Shown here piece by piece: positions 9,231-19,015 of a stretch of 64,000 nt of DNA. The position numbers and the translations under genes were made by a program. The stretch covers positions 69,660-133,659 of the forward strand of contig JABHNB010000005.1 in the NCBI GenBank assembly GCA_018694115.1. Reading direction: 5' to 3'. The stretch comes from an archaeon. Its GTDB lineage: Archaea; Nanobdellota; Nanobdellia; Pacearchaeales; GW2011-AR1. Below the pieces are notes generated by a model. The model was not told the DNA's origin, ran no database searches, and saw only the letters and a list, made by a program, of their open reading frames with translations. How positions within the stretch are numbered: the first letter of the stretch is position 1; every line of letters starts with the position of its first letter.

Positions 9231-10697
9231 CTATTTCATAACCTTTCTCAATTCCTCAGAAACCTCTTTTCCACTGACTTTTCCCTTGAATTTACCCATA
9301 ATTAGCCCCATATATGCCCCTTGTGAGAGCCCAGGCTTATCCTTAATCAACTTTTCAACTTCTCCAGCAAGATCTACATCAGATTTAGCCATGGCCTCAC
9401 TAATTGATTCGCCTGCCACAATTTTGCCCATAACGGTCTTCACATCATTCTCCGAGATCTTTCCTTTGGAAACATTCTCAAGTATCGCACCCAAAACATC
9501 GGCATCTAGGACCTTATCAATAGATTCCATACTTTCTCCAGACTTCTTTGAAAGTTCCTTGGGAAATAGTGCCAAGGCCTTAGCAACGAGATTTGGATTA
9601 TCAATAATTTTAGCTAAATCTGAAAATTCTTCAATCTTTCTCTGTTTTAACAATAATGCCATCATTTCATCATTCAAACCGAAATCTTTCAGGTAAGATT
9701 TATGTTCTGAAGCAAGTTTAGGCAAGTTCTTTCGAACATGATCTATTAATTTCTTAGGAATCTTAAGCAGTGGAACATCAGTTTCTGGATACATTCGCGC
9801 AGCTCCAGGCATAGGTCTTTGGAATTTCGACGAACCATCTGGAAGTGCACCTCGAACTTCATTCCTGCAAGTTTTGTTCTTGACACATTCTTGCTGTCTT
9901 TCAATCTCCTTATCAATTGTAGTCATCATCATCTTTGGATCTTGGAATCCCTTAATCTCCACTCGCTCACTACCCTTAATCGAGATATTAACATCCTGAC
10001 GAATTGTTCCAATCCCTCGCTTAACCTTGCATGCCCGCAGGATCTCACCAATCTTTAACGCAGCCTCCTTAATCGCTTCAGGAGTGTGCATATGGGGGCC
10101 AGTTGCAATTTCAACCAACGGAATACCCAATCTATCTAACTTATAGGTTTTGGAATTTTCATCTTCTTCTCCTCGCCGATCGGCGTACCCCTCTGCATTT
10201 GGGGCAGGCCTGGCAGAATCTTCTTCAAGCATAACTGCATCAATCGCAATCTTCCCGGCAGAAATTTCGATGTAACCATCATGAGCAATAAGTGCCGTCC
10301 TCTGAAATCCAGTTGTATTAGAACCATCAATCACCGTCTTCCGCATAACTTGAGTAACTGGAAAAATCTTACAATTCAAAAGCAAAGAAATCTGAAGGGC
10401 AATCTCAAGAGCCTCCTGATTAATGTCATGTGGCGGTTCCTCATCCAACTCCACAAGGCAATTAGTATCATAAACCTGATAAAGAAATTTCTTATCCTTC
10501 TCCTTTTCATGCGCTACAGCAACATCAATCTCACCAGTCTCACCAACAACAGGGTTCAATTTCCTCTCAATCACTCGTTCCGGCTCATCCGACCTAAGCA
10601 ACGAAGGACAATCACAGAATAATTTATTGGTATCTAACTGCTGATGGATCTCAAGACCCGACTTAAGTCCTATGTCCGCATAATCTTTCTTCGCCAT
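9231..10697 (-). CDS. gatE: Glu-tRNA(Gln) amidotransferase subunit E (short form)
   Basis: GLEIHQQL, DEEPPH, MRK.VIDGSNTTGFQRT, RGIGTIRQD, RMYPETD. Confidence 0.95.
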   Translation of the reverse strand: MAKKDYADIGLKSGLEIHQQLDTNKLFCDCPSLLRSDEPERVIERKLNPVVGETGEIDVAVAHEKEKDKKFLYQVYDTNCLVELDEEPPHDINQEALEIALQISLLLNCKIFPVTQVMRKTVIDGSNTTGFQRTALIAHDGYIEISAGKIAIDAVMLEEDSARPAPNAEGYADRRGEEDENSKTYKLDRLGIPLVEIATGPHMHTPEAIKEAALKIGEILRACKVKRGIGTIRQDVNISIKGSERVEIKGFQDPKMMMTTIDKEIERQQECVKNKTCRNEVRGALPDGSSKFQRPMPGAARMYPETDVPLLKIPKKLIDHVRKNLPKLASEHKSYLKDFGLNDEMMALLLKQRKIEEFSDLAKIIDNPNLVAKALALFPKELSKKSGESMESIDKVLDADVLGAILENVSKGKISENDVKTVMGKIVAGESISEAMAKSDVDLAGEVEKLIKDKPGLSQGAYMGLIMGKFKGKVSGKEVSEELRKVMK

Positions 10698-10736
10698 GTT
10701 TGAGAAAAGGATACTCGTTATAAAAATGTGATGGTT

Positions 10737-11132
10737 TTATTTTAAAGGCAAATGTCCCTTAATTGCCTTTCTCAATTGAGGGCGAGTCCACTTAAGCTGG
10801 AAATTATGATGGTCCAGATCCCTTAACTCTTTAAACTCCTCCGGAATCAATCTTTTAGAATCAGTCACATTAAGGACAACGATGTTCTTTCCTTTCATCT
10901 TAAACTTCTTTTTTAAATCACCAACCAATCTCTCCCGAACAACGATTATCACATCAGCCCAATCAATCTTTTTCTGCGACAGAGGATTCCATTTCCATTC
11001 CGGATTCTCTTTGTACGGCTCAATCCCCCCATGGGTCGTAGAATAGCCTTTCCCCCGAAGATATTTCGCAAGGTATTTGCTTCGGTTCATTCCTTTAGCA
11101 CAGACACATAGAACTTTTGTTTTCTTTTTCAT
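10737..11132 (-). CDS. Low-molecular-weight protein tyrosine phosphatase-like protein
   Basis: VLCVCAKGMNRS (CX5R) and WADVI; start at 11132 after a GAGGTG SD. Confidence 0.8.
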   Translation of the reverse strand: MKKKTKVLCVCAKGMNRSKYLAKYLRGKGYSTTHGGIEPYKENPEWKWNPLSQKKIDWADVIIVVRERLVGDLKKKFKMKGKNIVVLNVTDSKRLIPEEFKELRDLDHHNFQLKWTRPQLRKAIKGHLPLK

Positions 11133-11214
11133 TTCAACACCTCTTCCATCTAAAGCATCATTTGTATATAAATTTAACCAGAACCTATTTATACTTTCAA
11201 ACACTAAAAAATGA

Positions 11215-12138
11215 ATGAACAAAAAGAGACTAATCGGAATTTTCTTAATTATTTTTTCTAGCATAGTGGCCGTATCAAATTTAAAGTTCACTGGAGCAGT
11301 CATTGGATCTCCAAGTTTCAATTATTTTGGGTTAGCCTCAATTGGAATCTTTGCGGTAGGGTTATTTCTATTGTATAGTGGGAGGGGGAGATTTATTAGT
11401 GAGGCTGAGGGTCTCGAGGACATAATGGAGGAGATCGATACCAGGGGGTTTGGAAGTATTGTTATAGATTCTTCTGCAGTTATGACAGCAAAAAATGATG
11501 GGCAAAATGTGGCAAACGCATTGAGTAAATTTAAGGGAAAAATATACGTGCCTAAGAGTATTTATGGGGAGTTAAAACAAGATAGGGTATTGGGGAAAAT
11601 ATTTACTCATCCAGATTACAAGGGGAGAGTTATTATTAGTGATCTAGAGAAATCTAATCCCGAAGTTTATAGAAACTGCAAAAAGGAGGCAGTTAAATAT
11701 CTTAAAGATACGAAAAAACGGGAGGCTTTCGTAGATCTCACTAGTTATTACAGACAGCCAGATGATATGACTGACGAAGAATGGGCACAAAATAGGGTGG
11801 AGTTGGAAAGAGATTATGCAAAGGATATTGAGAGAGTAAGCGAACAGGCGGAAAAAAAGATAAGAAAAAAGACTGGAACCTTCAGGAACCCCACAAATGA
11901 AGAACAATATGCTGCATTGAGGAATTCCTATGGGGTATCAAAAGAGGATATTGACGTTCTAAGCACCGCATTTTTCCTAGGTACTTATCCTGCAGGAAAA
12001 TTCGCACCAAATAAATATTCTGTCATACTTTCCAATGATGGACACATAACAGAAGCAGTAAAAGATTTTCAAAGAAAAGTGCCCAAACGTAAGGAGAATG
12101 TAGAGTGTTATTCAGTTTGGGAGAGAAAGGCATCCTGA
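11215..12138 (+). CDS. Membrane-anchored PIN-like domain protein
   Basis: Two N-terminal TM segments around TGAVIG; IVIDSSAV, VP.SIYGEL, EDIDVL, LSNDGHI acidic PIN-type motifs. Confidence 0.65.
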   Translation: MNKKRLIGIFLIIFSSIVAVSNLKFTGAVIGSPSFNYFGLASIGIFAVGLFLLYSGRGRFISEAEGLEDIMEEIDTRGFGSIVIDSSAVMTAKNDGQNVANALSKFKGKIYVPKSIYGELKQDRVLGKIFTHPDYKGRVIISDLEKSNPEVYRNCKKEAVKYLKDTKKREAFVDLTSYYRQPDDMTDEEWAQNRVELERDYAKDIERVSEQAEKKIRKKTGTFRNPTNEEQYAALRNSYGVSKEDIDVLSTAFFLGTYPAGKFAPNKYSVILSNDGHITEAVKDFQRKVPKRKENVECYSVWERKAS

Positions 12139-12578
12139 CATCTCCCATCAATGTCTCTTCTAGTTTTCTCAATTTCTCTTTTCATTTTGGGTAAACCAAC
12201 TTCAAGATGGAATGGGGTTTCCATAACTCGAGTATATCCCTCCGCACAATCTGGGCCCCTTCCAAATGCACCTTTTTTGATGTCATAGAAAAGAATCCGA
12301 TCTCCTGCAGGAACAGCAAATCTTGTGTAATCTGGATTAGCATCGTTTAATCTTAATAATTCCACATCGTGCCAATCTCCTTTTATGACTGGAATTACCA
12401 ATGAACAGGGTTTTTTTAGGGCATACGGATTCTGAACATTCTTCCAGGCATGAAAAACAACATCATACGTTCTTTCTTTATCGCTAAAGAATTTCTTCTC
12501 TCCAAATAAAACTACCCCCTTATTAGAAGGATTTAAAGCAAAATCCTCTAATCGATTAAAAATTAATACCCTACTCAT
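12108..12578 (-). CDS. Hypothetical protein
   Basis: ORF coupled to the upstream RHH gene. Confidence 0.6.
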   Translation of the reverse strand: MSRVLIFNRLEDFALNPSNKGVVLFGEKKFFSDKERTYDVVFHAWKNVQNPYALKKPCSLVIPVIKGDWHDVELLRLNDANPDYTRFAVPAGDRILFYDIKKGAFGRGPDCAEGYTRVMETPFHLEVGLPKMKREIEKTRRDIDGRCQDAFLSQTE

Positions 12579-12711
12579 CCTTACCCTCCATCAATTTATT
12601 TAATGCGAACTCAACAACGTGAGACTTATTTCTAAACGTGCCACCACTAATGCAATCATCTAGCTTATCGATCATACTACCTTCTATACTAACACTAAGT
12701 TTCTTCTTCAT
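12571..12711 (-). CDS. Ribbon-helix-helix (CopG/MetJ-like) regulator, 46 aa, not in the ORF track
   Basis: MKKKLSVSIEGSMIDKLDDCISGGTFRNKSHVVEFALNKLMEGKDE. Confidence 0.85.
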   Translation of the reverse strand: MKKKLSVSIEGSMIDKLDDCISGGTFRNKSHVVEFALNKLMEGKDE

Positions 12712-12799
12712 CGTATAATGTCGTATAATATACGCCTTTTAAATCTTTCTAGTTGTAACTACTTTAAAATAATAATAATAAATAACTAACCTATAAAAA

Positions 12800-14587
12800 T
12801 TACTTAATATATCCGCCTTTCTGAAGGTTCCACAGCTTCTTGTATTGTCCTCGCTGATTGATCAACTGTCTGTGAGTTCCCATCTGGACAATCTTACCCT
12901 TATCCATAACAACGATCTTATCTGCTTTCATAATTGTAGATAAACGGTGAGCAATAATAATCGAAGTTCTACCTTGCATTAATCTTTCTAGGTCTTTCTG
13001 AATTTCCGCCTCAGTCTCAGAATCCAAAGCACTTGTCGCTTCATCCAGAACTAAGATCTTCTTATCCGCTAAGATCGCTCTAGCAATGCTAACTCTCTGC
13101 TTCTCTCCGCCAGATAATTTAACTCCCCTCTCCCCAACAACAGTATTTTCTTTATCAGGGAAATTAGCCACAAGCTTGTCCAACTGGGCAAACTTCATAG
13201 CCTTCATAACATCCTCCTTGCTCGCAGAAGGATTAGAGAACCGAATGTTATTGAATATGGTATCATCAAATAGAATCGCCTCCTGAGGAACAATAGACAT
13301 TTCACTCCTCAAAGACTCTTGTTTAAAGTCCCGGATATCCTTCCCATCAATCTTAATAGCCCCACGATTAACATCATAGAATCTGTAAAGTAACTTAACC
13401 AATGAAGTCTTCCCACATCCCGAATGTCCGACAAATGCCACTTTCCTATTCTTTCCAATTTTCAAGTTGAACTTATCGAATAATTTTCTCTTTCCATACT
13501 TGAATTCCATATCCTCGAACTCAATATCTCCTTTCCGAATTTTAAGGTTCTTAGCTCCAGGCTTATCCTTGATTCCATTTTCAATTTTATTGTACTGGAA
13601 TAGAACTTCAAAGTCTGCCATAGCTCGATAATAATTTCTTATCCCATGAACAAACCCAAATAGGTGTCCAATTAGGGTCCCATAAACCATATAGATAAAC
13701 GAAACAGTACCTATCGTTATCTCTCCTGCAAGGAATTGCTTTATTGAAAAGTAAACTATAAGGAATGTTCCTGTTGAAAGAATCAAAGACTGTACAGCAT
13801 CCATCCACCTGTAATATCCCCAATTTTTGAGTAGTGCCTTTCTAGAATTTTCACTTAGCTTTTTGAAACGAGCCTTTATCGAGTTTTCCTTACCGAAGTA
13901 TTTTATCGAATCAATATTCGTAAAAATATCCGCAACATTTGCCTTTTCAATATCTTCTTCATTTATAGAATCAATACTTGCTCCTTCTTGAAGCCTCTGC
14001 ATAAGGAAGCTATAGCCGATAAAAAGGACCATTGTTACAACTATTACGATTGCAGGGATAAGACTAAAATAAAGAAGTGATGCGAAAACGACAACTACTT
14101 GTAGGATCAATGGGGCAAAGTTGAACAAGATAACATCTGTTAACCTTTCTACCGCGCCCCCACTTCTAACAAGCCGAGAAATTAAACTTCCAGTCTTGTT
14201 TGTTGTATGAAAATTATGATCTAGGTGGATAAGATGATTGAAGAATTTTCTCTTAATATCTGCCATAAGCCAAACATCAAGAGTATTAATTCCATGGAGC
14301 TTAAACCAAATCAAAATTGATTGAAAAATCGCCTTTATTGCGAAAACGGTAGCAACAATGATTAGGATAGCAATGAAGGATCCTGCAGCTAAAGTTCCAG
14401 CAGAAAATTCGGTTCCATTATCAATAATAACCTTAAACAGGAAAGGACTTACAAGTCGGATAGACTCTGTCATTAAAATTACTAGGATTATCCCAAAAGT
14501 CAAAAGCTTATACTTCTTCAAAAAACTCCAGTACAAATTAAGATTATACTTGAAGTCAATTTCTCTGGATCTCTTACGTTTTTCCAT
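12800..14587 (-). CDS. ABC exporter, fused permease/ATPase (MdlB/MsbA/Atm1-like)
   Basis: N-terminal TM domain; GHSGCGKT, LSGGEKQR, LVLDEATSALD, IAHRLST. Confidence 0.95.
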   Translation of the reverse strand: MEKRKRSREIDFKYNLNLYWSFLKKYKLLTFGIILVILMTESIRLVSPFLFKVIIDNGTEFSAGTLAAGSFIAILIIVATVFAIKAIFQSILIWFKLHGINTLDVWLMADIKRKFFNHLIHLDHNFHTTNKTGSLISRLVRSGGAVERLTDVILFNFAPLILQVVVVFASLLYFSLIPAIVIVVTMVLFIGYSFLMQRLQEGASIDSINEEDIEKANVADIFTNIDSIKYFGKENSIKARFKKLSENSRKALLKNWGYYRWMDAVQSLILSTGTFLIVYFSIKQFLAGEITIGTVSFIYMVYGTLIGHLFGFVHGIRNYYRAMADFEVLFQYNKIENGIKDKPGAKNLKIRKGDIEFEDMEFKYGKRKLFDKFNLKIGKNRKVAFVGHSGCGKTSLVKLLYRFYDVNRGAIKIDGKDIRDFKQESLRSEMSIVPQEAILFDDTIFNNIRFSNPSASKEDVMKAMKFAQLDKLVANFPDKENTVVGERGVKLSGGEKQRVSIARAILADKKILVLDEATSALDSETEAEIQKDLERLMQGRTSIIIAHRLSTIMKADKIVVMDKGKIVQMGTHRQLINQRGQYKKLWNLQKGGYIK

Positions 14588-14638
14588 GTTCAGTCTGTTT
14601 ACTAATATTTATATAGTTTAAGCACCCCATATTTCCAG

Positions 14639-14734
14639 ATGGTTAATGTGGACATAATCGAAGGCAAGCATCAACGCACATGTAAGGAATATGCAACTTA
14701 CGACGATGAATATGCTGACGAATCGGGTGACTAA
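14639..14734 (+). CDS. Possible 31-aa acidic peptide
   Basis: MVNVDIIEGKHQRTCKEYATYDDEYADESGD; TTTATATA about 25 nt upstream. Confidence 0.35.
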   Translation: MVNVDIIEGKHQRTCKEYATYDDEYADESGD

Positions 14735-14768
14735 CTCTTTTATTAATTAGTGATTTTGCATATTTAAA

Positions 14769-15971
14769 TCATTCTGTGTGATTCTTTAGCCCGATTAAGA
14801 AGGCGATAGCAGTAAGAAATGCCAATCCCCCATTAACAAAGAGTGTATTTATCACCCCAATTGTCGAAATTCCAATACCTGTTAAAAACACACCGACTGA
14901 ATGTGCAATCGCCCAATTGATGCTATTCAATGAACCCAGGGATGCCCGAATCTTAGAATCGAATTCATGATGCAAAGCAGAATCTTCGACAACATCTGTA
15001 GCCGCTAACACAACAAGTAAAACTGCAAGAAAGACAATCGCCAAGATCAAGGAATTAAAGTAGGCCATTGAGATAATTGAAATCCCCATAATTCCAAAAA
15101 ATATAACCAGGCCAGATTTGAATCCTCTATGATGGACTACTTTTCTACCAATTAAAGGGCCAACAATAGCAAGAATCCCCAGAACAGCATATAGTCCCGG
15201 AACATATTCTGGCCCTAAACCATAAACGATAGTAAGCAATAGTGGGGCACAAACGAAAAAAGCACTTATTGTGATCGTGCTTATAATGCCTCCCAACATC
15301 AAGGCCCTAAGTTCACGATTATCTTTGTGGATCAAATAAACAAATGATTCTTTAGCTTTAATCAGGGACTTCACAAGATAATTATGTGGGACCTTGCTTG
15401 GCTTAAAGTTTCTCTCTTCCATATATCTCCAAGAGATAAAGAACAGAAACAAATAACTAAGTGCAATCAGCAACCAGATAAATCTAAAGTTGATAGCTAC
15501 AATAATAAATCCAATAAACCCTCCGATAACATGACCCGATTTCTCAAAAATAAAAGATTCCGAGATTAACTTAACAAGCTTAGACTTCTTCCTTGCATAA
15601 CCTAATGCATCAATCGCCCAAGCAAATTGTGCCCCAGAACTAAATGTCCAACCAATGTCCCCCAATATCCAAAAGAAAGCTAGAAACCAGAATTTAGTAA
15701 ACAAAAAGATTCCAAGGAAGCTAACAAAAATCAAGAAGTAGGAAATCATCAAGGACTTTTTCCGTGAATCATAATCTGCAACTGCCCCGGTAGGAAACTC
15801 AAAGAATGTCATAATCAATGTTGAAACTGCAAACAAGGTGGTAACTGCAACAACATTAAAACCTAGGGAAAGGAAGTAAATCAAGATCAGAGCAGAGACT
15901 AATGCTCGCCTCATCCCATGAGTAAAGTCTATACCATAAACTAAGGATTTTACTTTCTTAGAAAATTTCAT
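14769..15971 (-). CDS. MFS transporter
   Basis: About 12 TM; FEFPTGAVADYDSRKKS motif A variant. Confidence 0.92.
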   Translation of the reverse strand: MKFSKKVKSLVYGIDFTHGMRRALVSALILIYFLSLGFNVVAVTTLFAVSTLIMTFFEFPTGAVADYDSRKKSLMISYFLIFVSFLGIFLFTKFWFLAFFWILGDIGWTFSSGAQFAWAIDALGYARKKSKLVKLISESFIFEKSGHVIGGFIGFIIVAINFRFIWLLIALSYLFLFFISWRYMEERNFKPSKVPHNYLVKSLIKAKESFVYLIHKDNRELRALMLGGIISTITISAFFVCAPLLLTIVYGLGPEYVPGLYAVLGILAIVGPLIGRKVVHHRGFKSGLVIFFGIMGISIISMAYFNSLILAIVFLAVLLVVLAATDVVEDSALHHEFDSKIRASLGSLNSINWAIAHSVGVFLTGIGISTIGVINTLFVNGGLAFLTAIAFLIGLKNHTE

Positions 15972-16072
15972 CTTATCACCTATCCTTTCTTGGAGTTGTC
16001 CATTTAAATTACTTTCTTAGAGAAACTTAATATAATAGATAGTTTTTTAAATTGTAATACAACTAAATTAAT

Positions 16073-16147
16073 ATGGCAAGTAGAGAAAATAATACGCTAA
16101 CAGGTACGTTCATGTTTAGCCGTGCTTGCCCTATTTTCTGTGCATAA
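16073..16147 (+). promoter_or_regulatory. Putative leader peptide/attenuator of the ABC-F gene
   Basis: 24-codon uORF MASRENNTLTGTFMFSRACPIFCA overlapping competing helices, ending 24 nt before the ABC-F ATG. Confidence 0.5.
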
Positions 16148-16171
16148 AGTCTTGTGCTTTAGGGGAGATCT

Positions 16172-17803
16172 ATGAAAAATTTACTAAATATTTCTGACGA
16201 TACCATGATTTCTATACAAAATTTATCAAAACGTTTTGAAAGAGACAATTTATTTGAGGGCATTAATTTAGTCCTTCATTCAAAGGAAAAAATCGCCTTT
16301 ATTGGAAAGAATGGTTCTGGAAAAACAACCTTCTTCAATTGTTTAGCCGGTAAGGAAAGCTTTGATGGAAGAATCTTTGTTTCAGAGATAAAAATAAGTC
16401 TAATGGAGCAGGAGCAGAACTTTTCTAACCTAGACAAGACATTCGAGGAATATCTGGATGATAAGAACGAAAAGTTAGAAGGGCTAAAAAAACAATTGGA
16501 AGAGAAAATCGGAGATCCTGAAGTTTATGAGAATGAGGATAAGTACAATTCCCTGATGGATGAATATAATCTTCTCTTAACAGATCCTTCCACAAATTCA
16601 GAACAAAGAAGCACAAAAGAGATCCTCAAGGAACTGAAGATGGATAAGAAGCTTCTAAATCAAAAGATTAAGAATCTTAGCGGAGGACAAAAAACTAAGT
16701 TAAGGCTCGCAGAATGTTTATCTAAAAAAGCAGACCTATATTTGTTAGACGAACCAACAAACAATCTAGATCTGACTACAAGAGAATGGCTTGAAGCATA
16801 TATCAACAACAATATAGAGAACTTAATTGTTATCTCACATGATCGATATTTCTTAAGCAAGGTAGTTGGAAAAGTATGGGATTTAGAAAATCAACAGATA
16901 ATTTCATGGAACTATCCCTTCGATGAATATCTTGATAGAAAGAAGAAACACTTGGCAGTCCTAGAAAGAAAATTCAAAGATGCAACAAAGAAGAAAAAGC
17001 AATTACTTGAGTCTGCAGCGGAAAAAAGACACTGGGCTGCAAAATGTGGGAATCGAACGAAGAAGGTAATTGCAGATAGGCTAGAAAGGCAAGCAAAAGA
17101 ATTGGAAAATGTAGAAAATCCTTTTGACTTTATCAAAGATATCGATATCGGGTTTAATAGCAAGAACCTCCATAACTGTAACATCTTCAGGTTGGAAAAT
17201 GTCGAAAAGAAATTTGATAAAGTCCTATTTGAAAATGTCGATCAAGAGATAGATTTTGGAGAGCGGATTTGTATTATTGGGGAAAATGGAACTGGAAAGT
17301 CCACCTTCTTGAAAATGCTAATTGGAAAAATTCCCCAATCAAAGGGAGACTTGTATCGAAGAAAGGATGTTAAGATAGGCTATTTCGATCAGGAACTAGA
17401 AGAACTTGATAAGGAACAAACAATAATGAAATTCTTCATAAATGAGACAGACCTAGACGAAGAACATTTAATTCCCTTCCTTGAAAAGTATGGTTTTGAA
17501 AAAGAAAGTTTTCAGAAAAAGATAAAGCATCTTTCTGGAGGAGAAAAGGGAAGATTGAATATCTTGAGAATAGCCATTGAAAAGAACAATATCTTAGTGC
17601 TAGACGAACCAACAAATAACCTAGACATCTATTTAGTCGAATCTCTAGAAAACGCATTAAAGGAATTCAAGGGAACAATCATCTTCGTATCTCACGACAG
17701 ATACTTCGTAGATAAAGTCGCAACAAGAATCCTAGAAATCAAAGATAAGAAAATATCAAGTTTCAAGGGAAATTATTCAAAGTATTTGGAATCTCGAAAG
17801 TGA
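16172..17803 (+). CDS. ABC-F family ribosome-associated ATPase
   Basis: Two ABC domains without TM (GKNGSGKT/LSGGQ/LLDEPTNNLD/SHDRYF; GENGTGKS/LSGGE/LDEPTNNLD/SHDRYF) joined by a helical linker. Confidence 0.95.
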   Translation: MKNLLNISDDTMISIQNLSKRFERDNLFEGINLVLHSKEKIAFIGKNGSGKTTFFNCLAGKESFDGRIFVSEIKISLMEQEQNFSNLDKTFEEYLDDKNEKLEGLKKQLEEKIGDPEVYENEDKYNSLMDEYNLLLTDPSTNSEQRSTKEILKELKMDKKLLNQKIKNLSGGQKTKLRLAECLSKKADLYLLDEPTNNLDLTTREWLEAYINNNIENLIVISHDRYFLSKVVGKVWDLENQQIISWNYPFDEYLDRKKKHLAVLERKFKDATKKKKQLLESAAEKRHWAAKCGNRTKKVIADRLERQAKELENVENPFDFIKDIDIGFNSKNLHNCNIFRLENVEKKFDKVLFENVDQEIDFGERICIIGENGTGKSTFLKMLIGKIPQSKGDLYRRKDVKIGYFDQELEELDKEQTIMKFFINETDLDEEHLIPFLEKYGFEKESFQKKIKHLSGGEKGRLNILRIAIEKNNILVLDEPTNNLDIYLVESLENALKEFKGTIIFVSHDRYFVDKVATRILEIKDKKISSFKGNYSKYLESRK

Positions 17804-17809
17804 TTTTAT

Positions 17810-19015
17810 TTACTCACTTATTTCTTCTTCCTTAATCCGAGAATAGATAAAAATTACCAAAAACATCAAGGGGGCATAAATGAAAATTGTATACCTTGCC
17901 CCAATAACATCTACTAAGTATCCTACGAGAGGCATCGCGACGATTCCGGCCAGGGATGCTATCATCGAATCAACACTTTTCATCGTAGCTCTCAATTTAG
18001 AAGGAACAAACCTATGGAAATACATCTTTGACGCAGGCATTCCTAACATCATGAAAAATTGAACCGCAAGAAGAATAATTAATGCAGGAATCCACCTTTT
18101 CGGAAGTAAAATAAAAAACATAGTCAACGCAGAAAGAAAGAATCCAATCATAATAAATTTCTTCTCTTTCTTTTCCTTCAAAAATTTACTTGAAATAATC
18201 GGAGATGTCATCATGATAACTGCTATCGCAGACCACATATATCCAAAGTAATGTGCCGGAAAATCAAGATCAAGTAAGAACGGCGTCCATGTCATGCTTA
18301 TCCCAAAACTAAGGGCTACAACGAAAACAAATGTCGCCATAAGATAATAATAAAGAACGGGGTGCTTATATCCATAAGAAACAGTCTCCTTGGATTGCCT
18401 AAATAATCCCCTAAAGGATCTTCCGATCTTCACCTTTCTTTTAGCAAAATTCTCTTTCGCAAAAAGAAGTATTGAAACGGAAATCATAAACGAAAAAAAT
18501 GCAAAAAGCCAGATACTTGACATGCCAAACCATTTAACTAAAAAAGCTCCCAATATCCCCGAGATAACTAGGGCAAACGCATCAATGCCTTGCGACTTAT
18601 GGAAATAACTTCGAGATAGATTTTTCCCTTTTCCCTTAACAAGATCAATAACCCACGCCTCCTTACTCCCCGAGGAAAGCGTGCTCGCAAAACCTAAGGC
18701 TGCAAAAGCAGCTAACAACAGATAATAATCTCTCACAAAAAACAAACTCAAGACAACCAATCCCTCAAGAGAAATCCCAAGCAAAACCGAGAATTTCCGG
18801 CCATACAAATCTGCAACGGCTCCTGTCGGAATTTCAAATATTAGCATAAACAAGGGCGTGACCGCAATCAATAAACCAATTTGAAAAAAACTTAACTCAA
18901 GTCCCGTAAGAAAAACCACAATGAACGCCGGCAGGAAATACAGCAAGGGAGAAAGTAGCGCATCCAAGTAAAACGGCCATAATAATTTCAATTCGTTTTT
19001 CTGAAAGAATTTCAT
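17810..19015 (-). CDS. MFS transporter
   Basis: About 12 TM; FEIPTGAVADLYGRKFS; coupled to the kinase genes. Confidence 0.92.
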   Translation of the reverse strand: MKFFQKNELKLLWPFYLDALLSPLLYFLPAFIVVFLTGLELSFFQIGLLIAVTPLFMLIFEIPTGAVADLYGRKFSVLLGISLEGLVVLSLFFVRDYYLLLAAFAALGFASTLSSGSKEAWVIDLVKGKGKNLSRSYFHKSQGIDAFALVISGILGAFLVKWFGMSSIWLFAFFSFMISVSILLFAKENFAKRKVKIGRSFRGLFRQSKETVSYGYKHPVLYYYLMATFVFVVALSFGISMTWTPFLLDLDFPAHYFGYMWSAIAVIMMTSPIISSKFLKEKKEKKFIMIGFFLSALTMFFILLPKRWIPALIILLAVQFFMMLGMPASKMYFHRFVPSKLRATMKSVDSMIASLAGIVAMPLVGYLVDVIGARYTIFIYAPLMFLVIFIYSRIKEEEISE

